From contig OZ024740.1 of assembly GCA_964016885.1 (NCBI GenBank), positions 261,020,001 to 261,084,000 on the forward strand: DNA of 64,000 nt, read 5' to 3'. Below, piece by piece: positions 26,203 to 37,935 of the stretch. The DNA is from Eledone cirrhosa. Lineage: Eukaryota. Position 1 is the first letter of the stretch. Every line of letters starts with the position of its first letter. The notes below the pieces were generated by a model. That model saw only the letters and a list, made by a program, of their open reading frames with translations. It did no database searches and was not told where the DNA came from. Position numbers and translations under genes: made by a program.

Positions 26203-27356
26203 ATAAAGAAGAAATTAACATACATTTTCCATGGTTAGATGGATTATGAGACAAGTCAGGTCTAGAGACCACTTCTTGCTCATACAGATCTGTATTTTGG
26301 CTTGGATTCTACACCTGAATGCTCTTCCTAACACCAACCACTTTACAGCGTGGACTGGGTGCTTTTTATTGTGGCACCAACATGACCACATTACAGGAAG
26401 GAGTGGTACTTTTTATCATGGCACCAAAATGACCATCTAACAGGGTGGACTGAGTGTTTTTTGTCATGTCACCTGCACCACCACCTTATAGGCTGAACTG
26501 TTGTGTCACTAAAACAACCAACTTACATTTATATATATATATAAATATTCATATATACATTGTTAACACTCTTTTTAAATTGGTAATGATAGGTAATATT
26601 CTAGATATATATCATGGATACTTAACTGTTATTCGAGCCACAGTAATGCTTCAGCTGTGTCAAAGACATGACAGATCCCTAGTGTTTGGTGACCTACACG
26701 ATAAACACATCCAGAACACACGTTAAAGTGGCTGATGATAGGAAGGGTATCAATCCACAGACAGCTACCCAAACAAATGGACTGGGAGGAACTTCAGTTA
26801 TGTCAAAGACATGACACCTCTCCTGTGCACTCAGTGCAGCATTGACCATACATAAAGCCAGACACAGATCCCTGGCCTGCCTGCGAGATCACTGACTCCA
26901 CTTCAGTACTGATTTGGTCAATGTAGACCTTTCTAGCAGGGAAAATGGACATTGAAATGACAGCATAACTTGAACATTTTAAACATGGCAGAACACTTCC
27001 AGAGAAATAAAGGCAGAGGGCAAGAGAGAGGGGATGGGTAGGAGTGAGTGAGGGATAGAGAGGGGGGGGGGGAGAGTGAGGGAGAGGGAGACAATGAGAG
27101 AGTTTGAGATAGGGCAAGAAAGTGAGGGAGGGGGAGACACAGAAAGAGGGAGACAGAGAGAATTAGGGAGATGGAGAAAGAGTAAGAGTAAGAGAGAAAG
27201 AGGGCAAAAGAGTGAGGGAGAGTGAGAGGGGTAGGACAAGAGAGTGAGGGAGAGGGAAACAATGAGAAAGAGAAAGTAAGAGAGAGAGAGTAACAGCGTG
27301 TGAGTGTGTGTGTGTGTTTGTCTATGTAACGTGAATTAGAAGCCATTATTATTTGG

Positions 27357-27950
27357 CTGTGGATTGGCAGTATCGGTAGAGGGTCGGACGCCATGCTTTG
27401 CAGCAGAGTTACGTCCCTTTACGATCTGAGTTCAAATCCTGCCGAGGTTGACTTTGCCTTTCATCCTTACGGGGTCGATAAAATAAAGTACCAGTAATGC
27501 ACTGGGTAATTGCTGGCCTTGTGCCTAAAGTAGAAACAATTATTATTTGGCAGTGTCGGTAGAGGGTCGGACGCCATGCTTTGCAGCATAGAGTTACGCC
27601 CCTTTATAGTCCGAGTTCATATGCCGCCAAGGTCAATTTCGCCTTTCATCCTTATGCGGGTGATAAAATAAAGTACCAGTAATACACTGGGGTAATTTCT
27701 GGCCTTGTGCCAAAAGTAGAAACAATTATTATTTATTAGGCGGGTTGTCAGAATCAACAGAGTATCAGACAACATGCTTTACAACATAGAATTATGACCT
27801 TTTACTTTGAAATACTGCCAAGGTTAACTTTGCCTTTACTCCTTAAAGGGTCAATAAAATAAAGTACCAGTAATGCACTGGGGTCAATTTAATCACCCTC
27901 CCACCACAAAAAATAAAATTGATAGCCTTGTGCCAAAATCAGAAATCATT
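27357..27950 (+). mobile_element. Three tandem tRNA-derived SINE copies (Meta-domain-like); same family at about 7430-7630(-), 35866-36050(+), 36110-36320(-), 48025-48130(-), 62215-62297(-)
   Basis: B-box GAGTTCAAATCC followed by GCCTTTCATCCTTACGGGGTCGATAAAATAAAGTACCAGT. Confidence 0.75.
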
Positions 27951-28247
27951 ATATTAACTTAATATGGCTCTTAAATAAGGTTATTTTGAAAGATTGCTTC
28001 AGTTAAATAAGAACCCTTTAAAATGTGTAACTAGGTTTTATAGAAACAGAGCTTCTTTTGACTGGGCTGGTATCAAAAGGGTTAACACCCTACAATAAAT
28101 ACTATCACACTGAAGTTTGATTTTTACTGTTTAGTCAGAGAAGAAAGGGCAGTACTCCTGACCCCTTTCAGAGCCTTGAAGAAAGGTGGGATGGAAGAAA
28201 TATGCAAACCTTAATCAGAGATAAATTATTATTTATTAGGTACTTAC

Positions 28248-28392
28248 CGAGAATATGGGGCTTTGGTACAGGCTGGATGATCTACAGCGACCAAACATTC
28301 TTTCTTTGTAACATCCTTGGTATCCCATGGAATTCCCCAGTAGTGTTTTACCCCATCTCTAGCTTTTAAGCATTCTTTGGAAGTTTTAAATT
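28248..28392 (-). CDS. DD3-3-like protein exon 6 (phase 1/2)
   Basis: cttccag|AA...CG|gtaag; QFKTSKECLKARDGVKHYWGIPWD...ECLVAVDHPACTKAPYSR. Confidence 0.88.
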
Positions 28393-28760
28393 CTGGAAGA
28401 TAATTTAGTAGATTAATAGTCTGAAAATATCTGATAAACTGCAGGGAGGAAATAGATAGCCATAATGTAGAGAGAATATAGAAACCACATAGAGTTAAAT
28501 GGATTCATTAGTCCTGTTGGGGATATAAAAGTCTTTCTAATACTGGTGCCACAATTAAAATGCACCTAGTACACTCTGTAAAGTAATTGGCAAATGAGTA
28601 AAGACAATCTAGGGTTGAGAGGACTCCCTAGTTACCACAATGACATGACTTCTCGAGTGCTGATCCCATGATAAATGCCCCCAGTAGACTCTGTAAAGAG
28701 GTCTGCATTAGGAAGAGCATATAGCCATAGAAACCATACCAAAAAAATGGATGAGAGGAT

Positions 28761-31698
28761 TGTAGTGACCTACGTTCCGTGGGCTCACATACATTCTCTG
28801 TGCGTGATTTGGCTCAGCTCAGCCAATCAGCGCCAGTAGAAGAAAATGTATCTCTACGCACCCTGAAGGAAAAGTTCCCGCGTTGATTTGAAGAATCAGC
28901 CTCTCGCTTCCTGACTGTGAAAAGGTAAACACACTAACTTTCTTCCGTTGTGAACCCACTAGTCAACATGTAACACAACAACTTAACCACGGCCTGGCAA
29001 CATTTCCACCAGTAGACCATGCCTCCTGAATTCCTTAATTCATTGTTTCATCTCTCTTGGCATGTCAGCTATTCTGCTCTACTCAGCTCAATCTTCGTAA
29101 ATAAATATTGTACATACAACCCAGTGTCCTGTTATAATTGGTGACCCCGAGAAAAAAATAATAGGATCTGGTGTTGTGTGAATATGAAAAAAAGAAAATT
29201 AATTAGCAGTATTTTTTAAAAAAAAAAAAAAAAGAAAAAATTCCTCTAACAGCATTCCACATGGATTTTTTCTCCGAAACTGTCTATAACGAAAAATAGA
29301 AGTAATCTTTTTCTCGGCAGCAAACAAATAAGAAAAAATGTTGCTCTTCACCTCATGTTTACATCATTTAAATGGATTTTTTCTCCGAAACTGTCTACAA
29401 CGAAAAATAGAAGTAATCTTTTTCTCAGCAGCAAACAAACAAGAAAAAATGTTGCTCACGCTAACATCGTTTAAATGTGTTTCACTCACTGGATATATCC
29501 TTCGTTCTTCTCACAACGAACACTCAAAAAGACTTGGACTCCTGTATTCTTATATTCAACATGTCAATTTTGATGAACATCACAGCTCGTTTACTCATTC
29601 AACTAAGCTTTTTTTCGCTACTTTTTCATCACTTTCACAAAAAAATTGAACTCTCGCCATATTTGTTATACAAAGTGAATATAGCCTTTCCTTCTTTTTC
29701 ATCATATTGTCACGTTCACACACAAATTTTTCAAAATGGCTGCCAACGACCTGTCATTTTCGCGCCATTTTCTCGAAATTTTTTTTTATTCAACTTGACT
29801 TTAACCTTGTTTCAGCACGTGTGTGGGAGCACACATCTCGACTCACTGAGATAACACACGCCATAGATAATGTTTCTTGCCAACCATTCTCCAGCCTTAA
29901 GCTATATTCTCCTATTTGCCATATTAAAAATTTACCACTTAAATTTGCCGTTGAAAACTGTGCATTTATTCAGAATGCTTATTTCTATGGTCGCTGGCCT
30001 CTTGACCCATCCAGGTCAACGCGTTCTCAACATCGACCATCAACTTTGGCTGTTATTTCTAGCACTTTGCGCAACTCATTTTTTCTGGGAAACTTTTTAC
30101 TGTGAATTGAAACTCCGAATAGCCTATCTCACTCCGCGAGACAACAACATCAACGACAACAACACGGCTTCACCTTTGCTTTGTCAACAACCAAAACCAG
30201 CAGAACAAAACACAGAGAATTTATTTTTGCAGCACTCTTCCTGTGAGAAAATCCCACCGCCTTCGGAGGTTGGGAATTTCACGTTGTACCACAGTCCAGA
30301 AACCACCTGCATACATTCTCTGGAGGACACACTCTCTTTCCTGCTGTCATGTGCTTACATACCTGTTAACTTTATTTTTAAACATTTGAACTTTTTTTTT
30401 TAATAACTATGTTCGAGCACGTTTCTTTGCTCCTTTGACCTCTTCTTTTAAGTTGATTACATTGTATATATGACTGTATCATTTTCTTTATCATTGTATA
30501 TATGACTGCATCCACACATTCTTTGCTGTATTACATGCCTGCATATGCACACATATTTCTTTGACACACACCAACATGTTGTTCTTAGTGTATGATATTC
30601 AAATGTCGTAAAGTTCTGCGAGATCCCTTCTCACTTTGTGGAGACACCAAACATGCTATCGACACTTTGCAGCTTAATTCACCTGCACCGCAACACGAGA
30701 ATGCTAATTGCAGCGGAACTCAAATGGTTTCGCATCTCGTTGCAAACTCATTGTCCATAACAACCTCCATCTTGTTACCTTACCCGACTCACTGGGAAAA
30801 CAACAAATAGAACTGGACTTGTCAGCATTTCCACCATTTCTGTGGATTCGCCGGAATTATGGAGTTTACACTGCAACTACTACCCACCTACAGATTCAAC
30901 TTGCTTTTTTCTTTTCAAAGCAACCAGCTATTTTTTCCTGGCTGTCTAGCACTTTCGGCAATACATCTGGGAGGCTGACATTTTCTCGCCTACCCATCAT
31001 CTTCTTGCCAGCACTGGTAAACTACCATAATAGCTTCATCCACAGCTACTGGTACAACACTTACCATTAACATTTAATGCAAGAACAGCAACTTCGCCCA
31101 TGTCAGACTTTATCTGTTTTCTGTTAGACCCTTCATGGTCACGTATAAACTACAAAACAGCTAGTCATTTGACACAACGGCTTAACACGGCCCTTAGCGC
31201 CTCATTTTTCTTCTTGCATGCATCCTTCTGCTCAATTATTTTTTCACTGATGTGCTCTTTCAGTATTTTTTTCCTGCTGATTCAATAATCTGTATCGTCT
31301 TATGTCTAGAGGGGGAGTATTGTAGTGACCTACGTTCCGCGGGCTCACATACATTTTCTGTGCGTGATTTGGCTCAGCTCAGCCAATCAGTGCCAGTAGA
31401 AGAAAATGTATCTCTACGCGCCCTGAGGGAAAAGTTCCCGCATTGATTTGAAGAATCAGCCTCTCGCTTCCTGACTGTGAAAAGGTAAACACCCTAACTT
31501 TCTTTTGTCGTGAACCCACTAGTCAACATGTAACACAACAACTTAACCACGGCCTGGCAACATTTCCGCCAGTAGACCGTGCCTCCTGAATTCCTTAATT
31601 CATTGTTTCATCTCTCTTGGCATGTCAGCTATTCAGATCTACTCAGATCTACTTATTCATAAATAAATATTGTACATACAACCCAGTGTCCTGTTACA
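28761..31698 (+). mobile_element. Non-autonomous Gypsy-type LTR retrotransposon (LTRs 28761-29136 and 31321-31698)
   Basis: TG...CA LTR pair (the 5' copy ends TA); 4-bp TSD GGAT; PBS TGGTGACCCCGA (tRNA-Trp-like) at 29139; PPT AGAGGGGGAG before the 3' LTR; no recognisable pol. Confidence 0.88.
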
Positions 31699-31764
31699 GG
31701 ATTATTCAGCTGTGTCAAGAACATGAAAACCTTCCAAGTGCTGGTGCCACAATAAAATGCAAAC

Positions 31765-33965
31765 AGAATACTGTGGAAATAGAATCGGCATTCCTGATGA
31801 TTTCATACGATTTTGAGTCATATGATATAGATGATAACTGGAATTTCTTACGTGACAACTTACTGCAGGCTACTGATGAAACTTGTGGTGGAACAGCATG
31901 GTAGATAGGGCTATTAAAGACAAAAGACTAGCATGGAAGGCTTGGAAAAGGGGTGGGAGTAGAGGAGGATATATAGCCGCTAAGAGAGAAGCTAGACGTC
32001 AGGTGTACTTAACACGCAGGGAGGCTGAGAGTAGGAGGTTTGCCAATGTTCTGCGACGGGAAGATCAGAGGCATGCGGTGTTCCACATTGCAAGGCACTG
32101 TGTCAATGCAAATCAGGATGTTGTTGGAGATAAATGTGTCCGGAATGATGCCGGTGTACTTAGTTTCACGAATGATCAGAAAAAGGAGGCCTGGAAATGT
32201 CATTATGAGAGACTGATGAATGTGGAGAACGAATGGGAGAGAGAGAAATTACATCCAGTAGATCTGACAGAGGGACCAACTATTGAGATTGACGAATATA
32301 GGTCCAAGAGGCGATTAGGGAAATGAAAAATGGTAAGGCCGCTGCACCGTCGGGGATAGTTGCTGAGATGTTGAAGGTATCAGGGGACGTAGGCACTAAA
32401 CTGGTTGCACTCATCATCAATCAGGCTATATATGGCGGTGTCATACCAAAAGACTGGTGCAGCAGTATTCTCATAAATTGCTACAAAGGTAAAGGGGATG
32501 CTCTGGAGAGGAGCAATTATAGGGGTATAAAACTGATGGATCAGGTTATGAAAGTGGCAGAAAGGATATTAGAACAACTAATTAGAGAAAGGGTCAAACT
32601 AGATGAGATGCAGTTTTGTTTTGTGTCTGGGAAAAGTACAACAAATCCCCTCTTCTTGGTGAAACAATTACAAGATAGGTTCTTAGAGAAGAATAAGCCA
32701 TACTTAGCTTTTGTTGACCTAGAGAGGGCCTTTGATAGGTACCCCGATCTGTCATCTGGTGGTCCCTAAGAAACTAGGTGTTGAGGAATGGCTTGTGAGG
32801 ACAGTGCAAATTTTGTACTCAGTAAAGTCAGGGTAGGAATTGAGTTTAGTGAGGAATTCCAGATACAAGTAGGAGTACATCAAGGTTCGGTCCTCAGCCC
32901 ACTCTTGTTCATTATAGTCCTCCAAGCCATAACAGAGGAGTTTAAGACTGGCTGTCCATGGGAAATTCTCTATGCTGATAATCTGGTTCTTATAGCAGAG
33001 TCAGTAGAGGAGCTAGAGAATAAATTCTAGCTATGGAAACAGCAGTTGGAAGCGAGAGGACTGAGAGTGAACCTAGCTAAGACAAAAGTGTTGATGAGTA
33101 GAAAAGAGGACAAAACTCTGATTCCGTCAGGGAAATGGCCATGTTCGATATGCAGAAAAGGAACTGGCATAAATTCTATAAAATGCACACAATGCAGATC
33201 CTGAGTACACAAGAGATGTAGTGGGATAGCAGGCAAACTAACAGGTAGGGAGAAATACGTATGCAATAGATGTACATGGAAATTAGACAGTAGAAATCGC
33301 ATTGATAGACACATTTTTCAAATACAGGCGGGTGCTATAAAAGTGATTGATAGCTTCCGGTACCTAGGAGATCAGATTAGCATGAAAGGGGGGTGTTCCG
33401 AGGCCATAATATCTAGAATAAGGACGGGTTGGAAGAAGTTTAGGGAGCTGCTTCCTCTGCTGATGAAGTAGGGTTTCTCCCCGCATATGAAAGGCTGGTT
33501 ATATGATGGCTGTGTGAGGAACGCGATGCTGCATGGTAGTGAGACTTGGGCAGCAACTGCAGAGGATATGTGATAGCTGGAGAGAAATGAGGCAAGCATG
33601 CTCCATTGGATGTGCAATGTCAATGTGTGTGAACGACTGAGCATGGATGTGTTGAGAGAGAAATTGTCTGAGAGGGATAGAATGTAGTGTACGAGAGAGG
33701 AGACTGCAGTGGTATGGACATGTGATCCGCATGGAGGATGACCGATGGGTGAAGAAGTGCCAGGAAATGCCAGTTGAAGGAAGACGTGGTAGAGGTAGCC
33801 CACAAAAACATGGGCGGAGGTGGTGAGAACAAACCTCAGATCGCTGAAGCTCACAGTGGAGATGACGAAGGACCGTGACAAGTGGAGATATGCTGTGCTG
33901 AATAAGACCCGTCCCACCCTTGCAAGCAGGGAAAAGCGGACGTAAAATGATAATGATGATGATGA
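31765..33965 (+). mobile_element. RTE-clade LINE, 5'-truncated and decayed, with (GAT)n tail
   Basis: WWN, YKGKGDALERSNYRGIKL, LAFVDLE.AFDR, HQGSVLSPLLF, LYAD, RLQWYGHV motifs; several stops. Confidence 0.9.
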
Positions 33966-34139
33966 AACAGTTCTAGTCCTGTAGAAGCCATTTCTATATT
34001 AAATTTTGAAGTTTTCACTCTACTAATGTATTGAGTACCTTATTTACTATGGTTATATCTAATTTAACTCGGGATCTACATGCAATATATATATATATAA
34101 CTTTAATTTTGATATGTTTTGGCCATTATCGGCCCAGGC

Positions 34140-34545
34140 CATGTCTAACTTAATAGCACCACCTGGCGAAGTCTTTCAAATCAGGATTTGGACAGCATGG
34201 CCCACTCAAGTAGAGAGTTATTGTTTATGGAGACATATCCAGGTGTAGGAGGTTTATTTAGGATTTCTTGAAGGAACTTCTCCAAAGACTTTTTGAACTT
34301 TATTGGGTCAGTTTCTGTTTTAATGTGTTTTGGTGTAATGTTAAAGAGAACGGGGCCAATTGAGGTGAAATAATTGTGCCATATTGTTGTTATGAGATGC
34401 GAGTGAGATTTTTGTTGTGGGTGGATAGCACAGGGCCCAAGCCTTAGGTGTATTTTAAAGGTGATGCTAACATCATTTGGGCAATGCTGATGGAATATTT
34501 TCCACTTCATGCAGATAATGTAGCACTCATGGCGACATTGGATGT
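34140..34545 (-). mobile_element. 3' end of a CR1/L2-group LINE
   Basis: ORF 34181-34510: GPVLFN..P...FKKSLEKFL..I...P..PGY...NSL. Confidence 0.6.
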
Positions 34546-35139
34546 TTACTTCAGTAGGTCGATTGTAGGGTTGTCCTTTGATAGTTCCATGATTGATAAT
34601 CCATAGAGTAGTTACAAAAGGTAAAAAGAGGATAACACAGATAAGCAGTACAGTAGGGTCTATTACTAGTATTTACATATGTTTATCACCAGGCATTGTT
34701 GTTGTTGTTGTCTTGAAATTGCTATTCTCAATTATCAGTTATGAAAAATCGAATCCAAATACCGAGGTAAATTACGTTACAGGCAAATTTTCAAAACATA
34801 CACACATTCACATATATATACCTATACACACACATAGATGTATAGAAAGACTCTGTTATATAACTGAACCACATGTACTCTATAGAAGAGATGAGAGAAA
34901 TGAGTTTCACAGATAGAGAGTGTGTGTGTGTGTAGGTCATTGTGAAAGAAAGTGTCACAAAGAGACAGATAGAGTGGGAGTGAGAGAGAGAGAGAGTGTG
35001 TATGTCACTGTGAAAAGGAGAGACACAGAGAGAGAGTGGTAGTGTGAGGAAGAGAGAGTGTGTGTGTCACTGAAAAAGGAAGAATCACAGAGAGTGTCCC
35101 TGTGAGAGTGAGAAAAGATGGGAAGTCATATCTACTTAC

Positions 35140-35303
35140 GTGGTGCTTTCTCAAGGTAACTATGAAATTGGACCCAGGTTTTATTGTGAAGCCTGCATGT
35201 CTCTTCATTGTTCCATCGTGACGTATGTCTCCTCATGCCATCAGGATACAGCTCAACACACTCTCCATACGTACGAACATTGAAACTGTTTCTAATGTAA
35301 TGT
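35140..35303 (-). CDS. DD3-3-like protein exon 5 (phase 2/1)
   Basis: tttgcag|A...C|gtaag; HYIRNSFNVRTYGECVE...WNNEETCRLHNKTWVQFHSYLEKAP. Confidence 0.88.
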
Positions 35304-36355
35304 CTGCAAAACATAGTTATCATATAACTTTATTATCTGCTAGTGCTGGTGCCACTATAAAATGGACCCAGTAAACTCTGTAAAGTGGTAGTGTTCATGC
35401 AACTATAAAATGCACCCAGTACACTCCGTTAAGTGGGAGTGTTGAGGTCACTATAAAATGCACCCAGTGAACTCTGTAAAGTATTAGTGCTTGAGTCACT
35501 ATGAAATATACCTAATATACTCTGTATGGTAGTTGGCATTAGGATGGGCATTCAGCTGTAAAAACCTGGCTAAATATAGAATTAAGTAATGTTTTTGCAT
35601 TTTGGTATTGGTTGGTTGGGTCCTCACAGACCATGTCGGTACTTTACTGGCGGCACTGTCCTCTCACCAGCATGCTAGGTGTCGGGGCTCATCTAATTTA
35701 CTTATGCTCAAAATTTGGCAGGGTTTCTATGCTCTTCTTATCACCAACTGCTTTACAAATTGTATTGGGTGCATTCTATCATACCACCAGCACTGAGAGG
35801 TTGCCATGCCCTTAGCACAATGGAAGAATCCTCTCAACTATTTGTTTCACATTATCTCTACAGCTGGATTGGCAGTATCGGTAGAGGGTCTGACGCTATG
35901 CTTTGCAGCAAAGAGTTACGCCCCTTTATGGTTTGAGTTCAAATCCCGCCGAGGTTAACTTTGCCTTTCATCCTTACGGGGTCGATAAAATAAAGTACCA
36001 GTAATGCACTGGATAATTGCTGGCCTTGTGCCAAAAGTAGAACCAATTATCTCTACAGCTGGATGCTCTCTCTATCACTAACCACTTTACAGTACAATGA
36101 TTAAATAATAGTTTCTGATTTAGGCAACAATGTTTGGGGGAGGGGAAAGTCGATTAAATCAACTCCAGTGTGTTACTGGTACTTTATTTATTTTATCAAC
36201 CCTGTAATGATGAAAAGCAAAGTTAACCTCAATGGGATTTGAACTCAAACGTAAAGAGCTGTAACTCTATGCCACTAAGCATGTTGTTTGATACTCTATT
36301 GATTCTGCCAATCCACTGCCCCTGTAATGATTGAATGATAGTAAATAATACTTAC

Positions 36356-36542
36356 GAACAATGTTGTGGTTTATGTGCTAAGATAGCGATATCAATCCAA
36401 GGTGTTGGGTGCCAGTAAGGGTAATAATCTCTTTCCTCGGGACATTCATAGCCTCTTCTGGTACCTTTTGGGTTTTGACGTGTACTGACAGCTCTCTTAT
36501 AGCCACTCTTAACAGCTAACTTCTGGTCGGCAGTAAATAACC
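36356..36542 (-). CDS. DD3-3-like protein exon 4 (phase 1/2)
   Basis: aatag|GG...TC|gtaag; GLFTADQKL...[35 protein letters not shown], the hallmark DD3-3 motif. Confidence 0.93.
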
Positions 36543-36728
36543 CTATTGTCATGTTATGTTGAGATAATAACAACAATAAAAACATAATATATATATATGC
36601 GTGTCTGTGTGTGTGTATGTGGGGCAGGGACATCTCATATATTGGTGGTTATGTCAGTAGAAAAGTTAAGATAAAATAAAAAATTATCCTCAGCACCCTC
36701 TCTCTGTATATATTTATATATTTATATA

Positions 36729-37917
36729 TCTATATATATAAAAATTCTTTGTATTTCTATCTGTCTGTCTTTACCTTATGCATTCTCAAACGGCCCCACT
36801 AAATCAAATCAAATTTTAAAAGGTTTAGACACCGGGATTAACAACATGTAATTTTTATTTTCATTTGGATTAAAACAATATAACATTTCATCTAAAATAA
36901 CCTACTATAGTCAACTATAAGTAAATGGACATTTTATAACACATTTTGTATATGAGTGTGTATGTGTCTGTGAGTGTGTGTGTGTTTGCATGTTCGTTAC
37001 ATACATTAGGCCTTAGTAAGTTACATACACACACACCTTCACGTAAATATTTAATCAGAAACACAGAGAATTAAACACACACACATCTACACATGCATAT
37101 AGATATGTGAGTCAGTGGATGTGAGAGTGTGTGTGTGCGAGTATACATACATTTCTGTGACAACTGACATAACGAAACGCTGGGGGTGAAACACTGTATG
37201 TGTGCCTGTGTGTGTTTTTTTTTTATAAGTGTACGTTTGTGTGAGTGTATGTGTTCATCGGCGTGAGTGTCTCTGTTCATGGGCGAAACTCTATATCTGT
37301 GTGTTTGTATGAATGTATGTCAGTGTGTTTTTTATAAGTGTACGTTTGTGTGAGTGTATGTGTGTCTGTTCGTTTATATTTATATTCTCATACCGTTAAA
37401 TTAGCTGTTAATACATTTGCTTATATGTGGTTAATTTACACTGCATACAAAAATAGAGGTTAATATATATTTCTTTTGGATGTTGATACTTATTTGTTTA
37501 CAATATTGAAAAACAAATTTCTTTATTCTAAGAATTCCTCTCATACCTACAGCTGTTTCATTTAAATTTAAAAGGCTTCAGTTTCCAGTAAAACTAAGTT
37601 TTGTTATTTCAATTAACAAATCTCAGGGTTAATCCCTCAAGGTAGCTGGACTTGATCTCTCTACTACATGTTTCTCCCATGGTCAACTCTATGCTGGTTG
37701 CTCATAAGTTGGAAGCATCAACAAAAAATTACACAATGAATATTGTTTACTCTGAAGTGCTTCAAGATTGACAGATTTTCATTTCTAAATTCTATTATCA
37801 TTACAATTTTGATATTTTTTAATATAAAATATAGATATTTTGAAATTATTATGAGAAAAAAATATATCTTCATATTTATTGTTTACTAATCCAGGCAATG
37901 CCAGATCATTCAGCTAG
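36729..37917 (+). mobile_element. Non-autonomous Helitron
   Basis: A|TCTATATATATAAAA 5' end; 3' imperfect GC hairpin CCAGGCAATGCCAG then CTAG|T; no TSD. Confidence 0.65.
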
Positions 37918-37935
37918 TGTATATATATATATATA

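Noticed and set aside
27357-27950. tRNA genes
   Set aside because: Only SINE heads with A/B-box-like motifs; no cloverleaf
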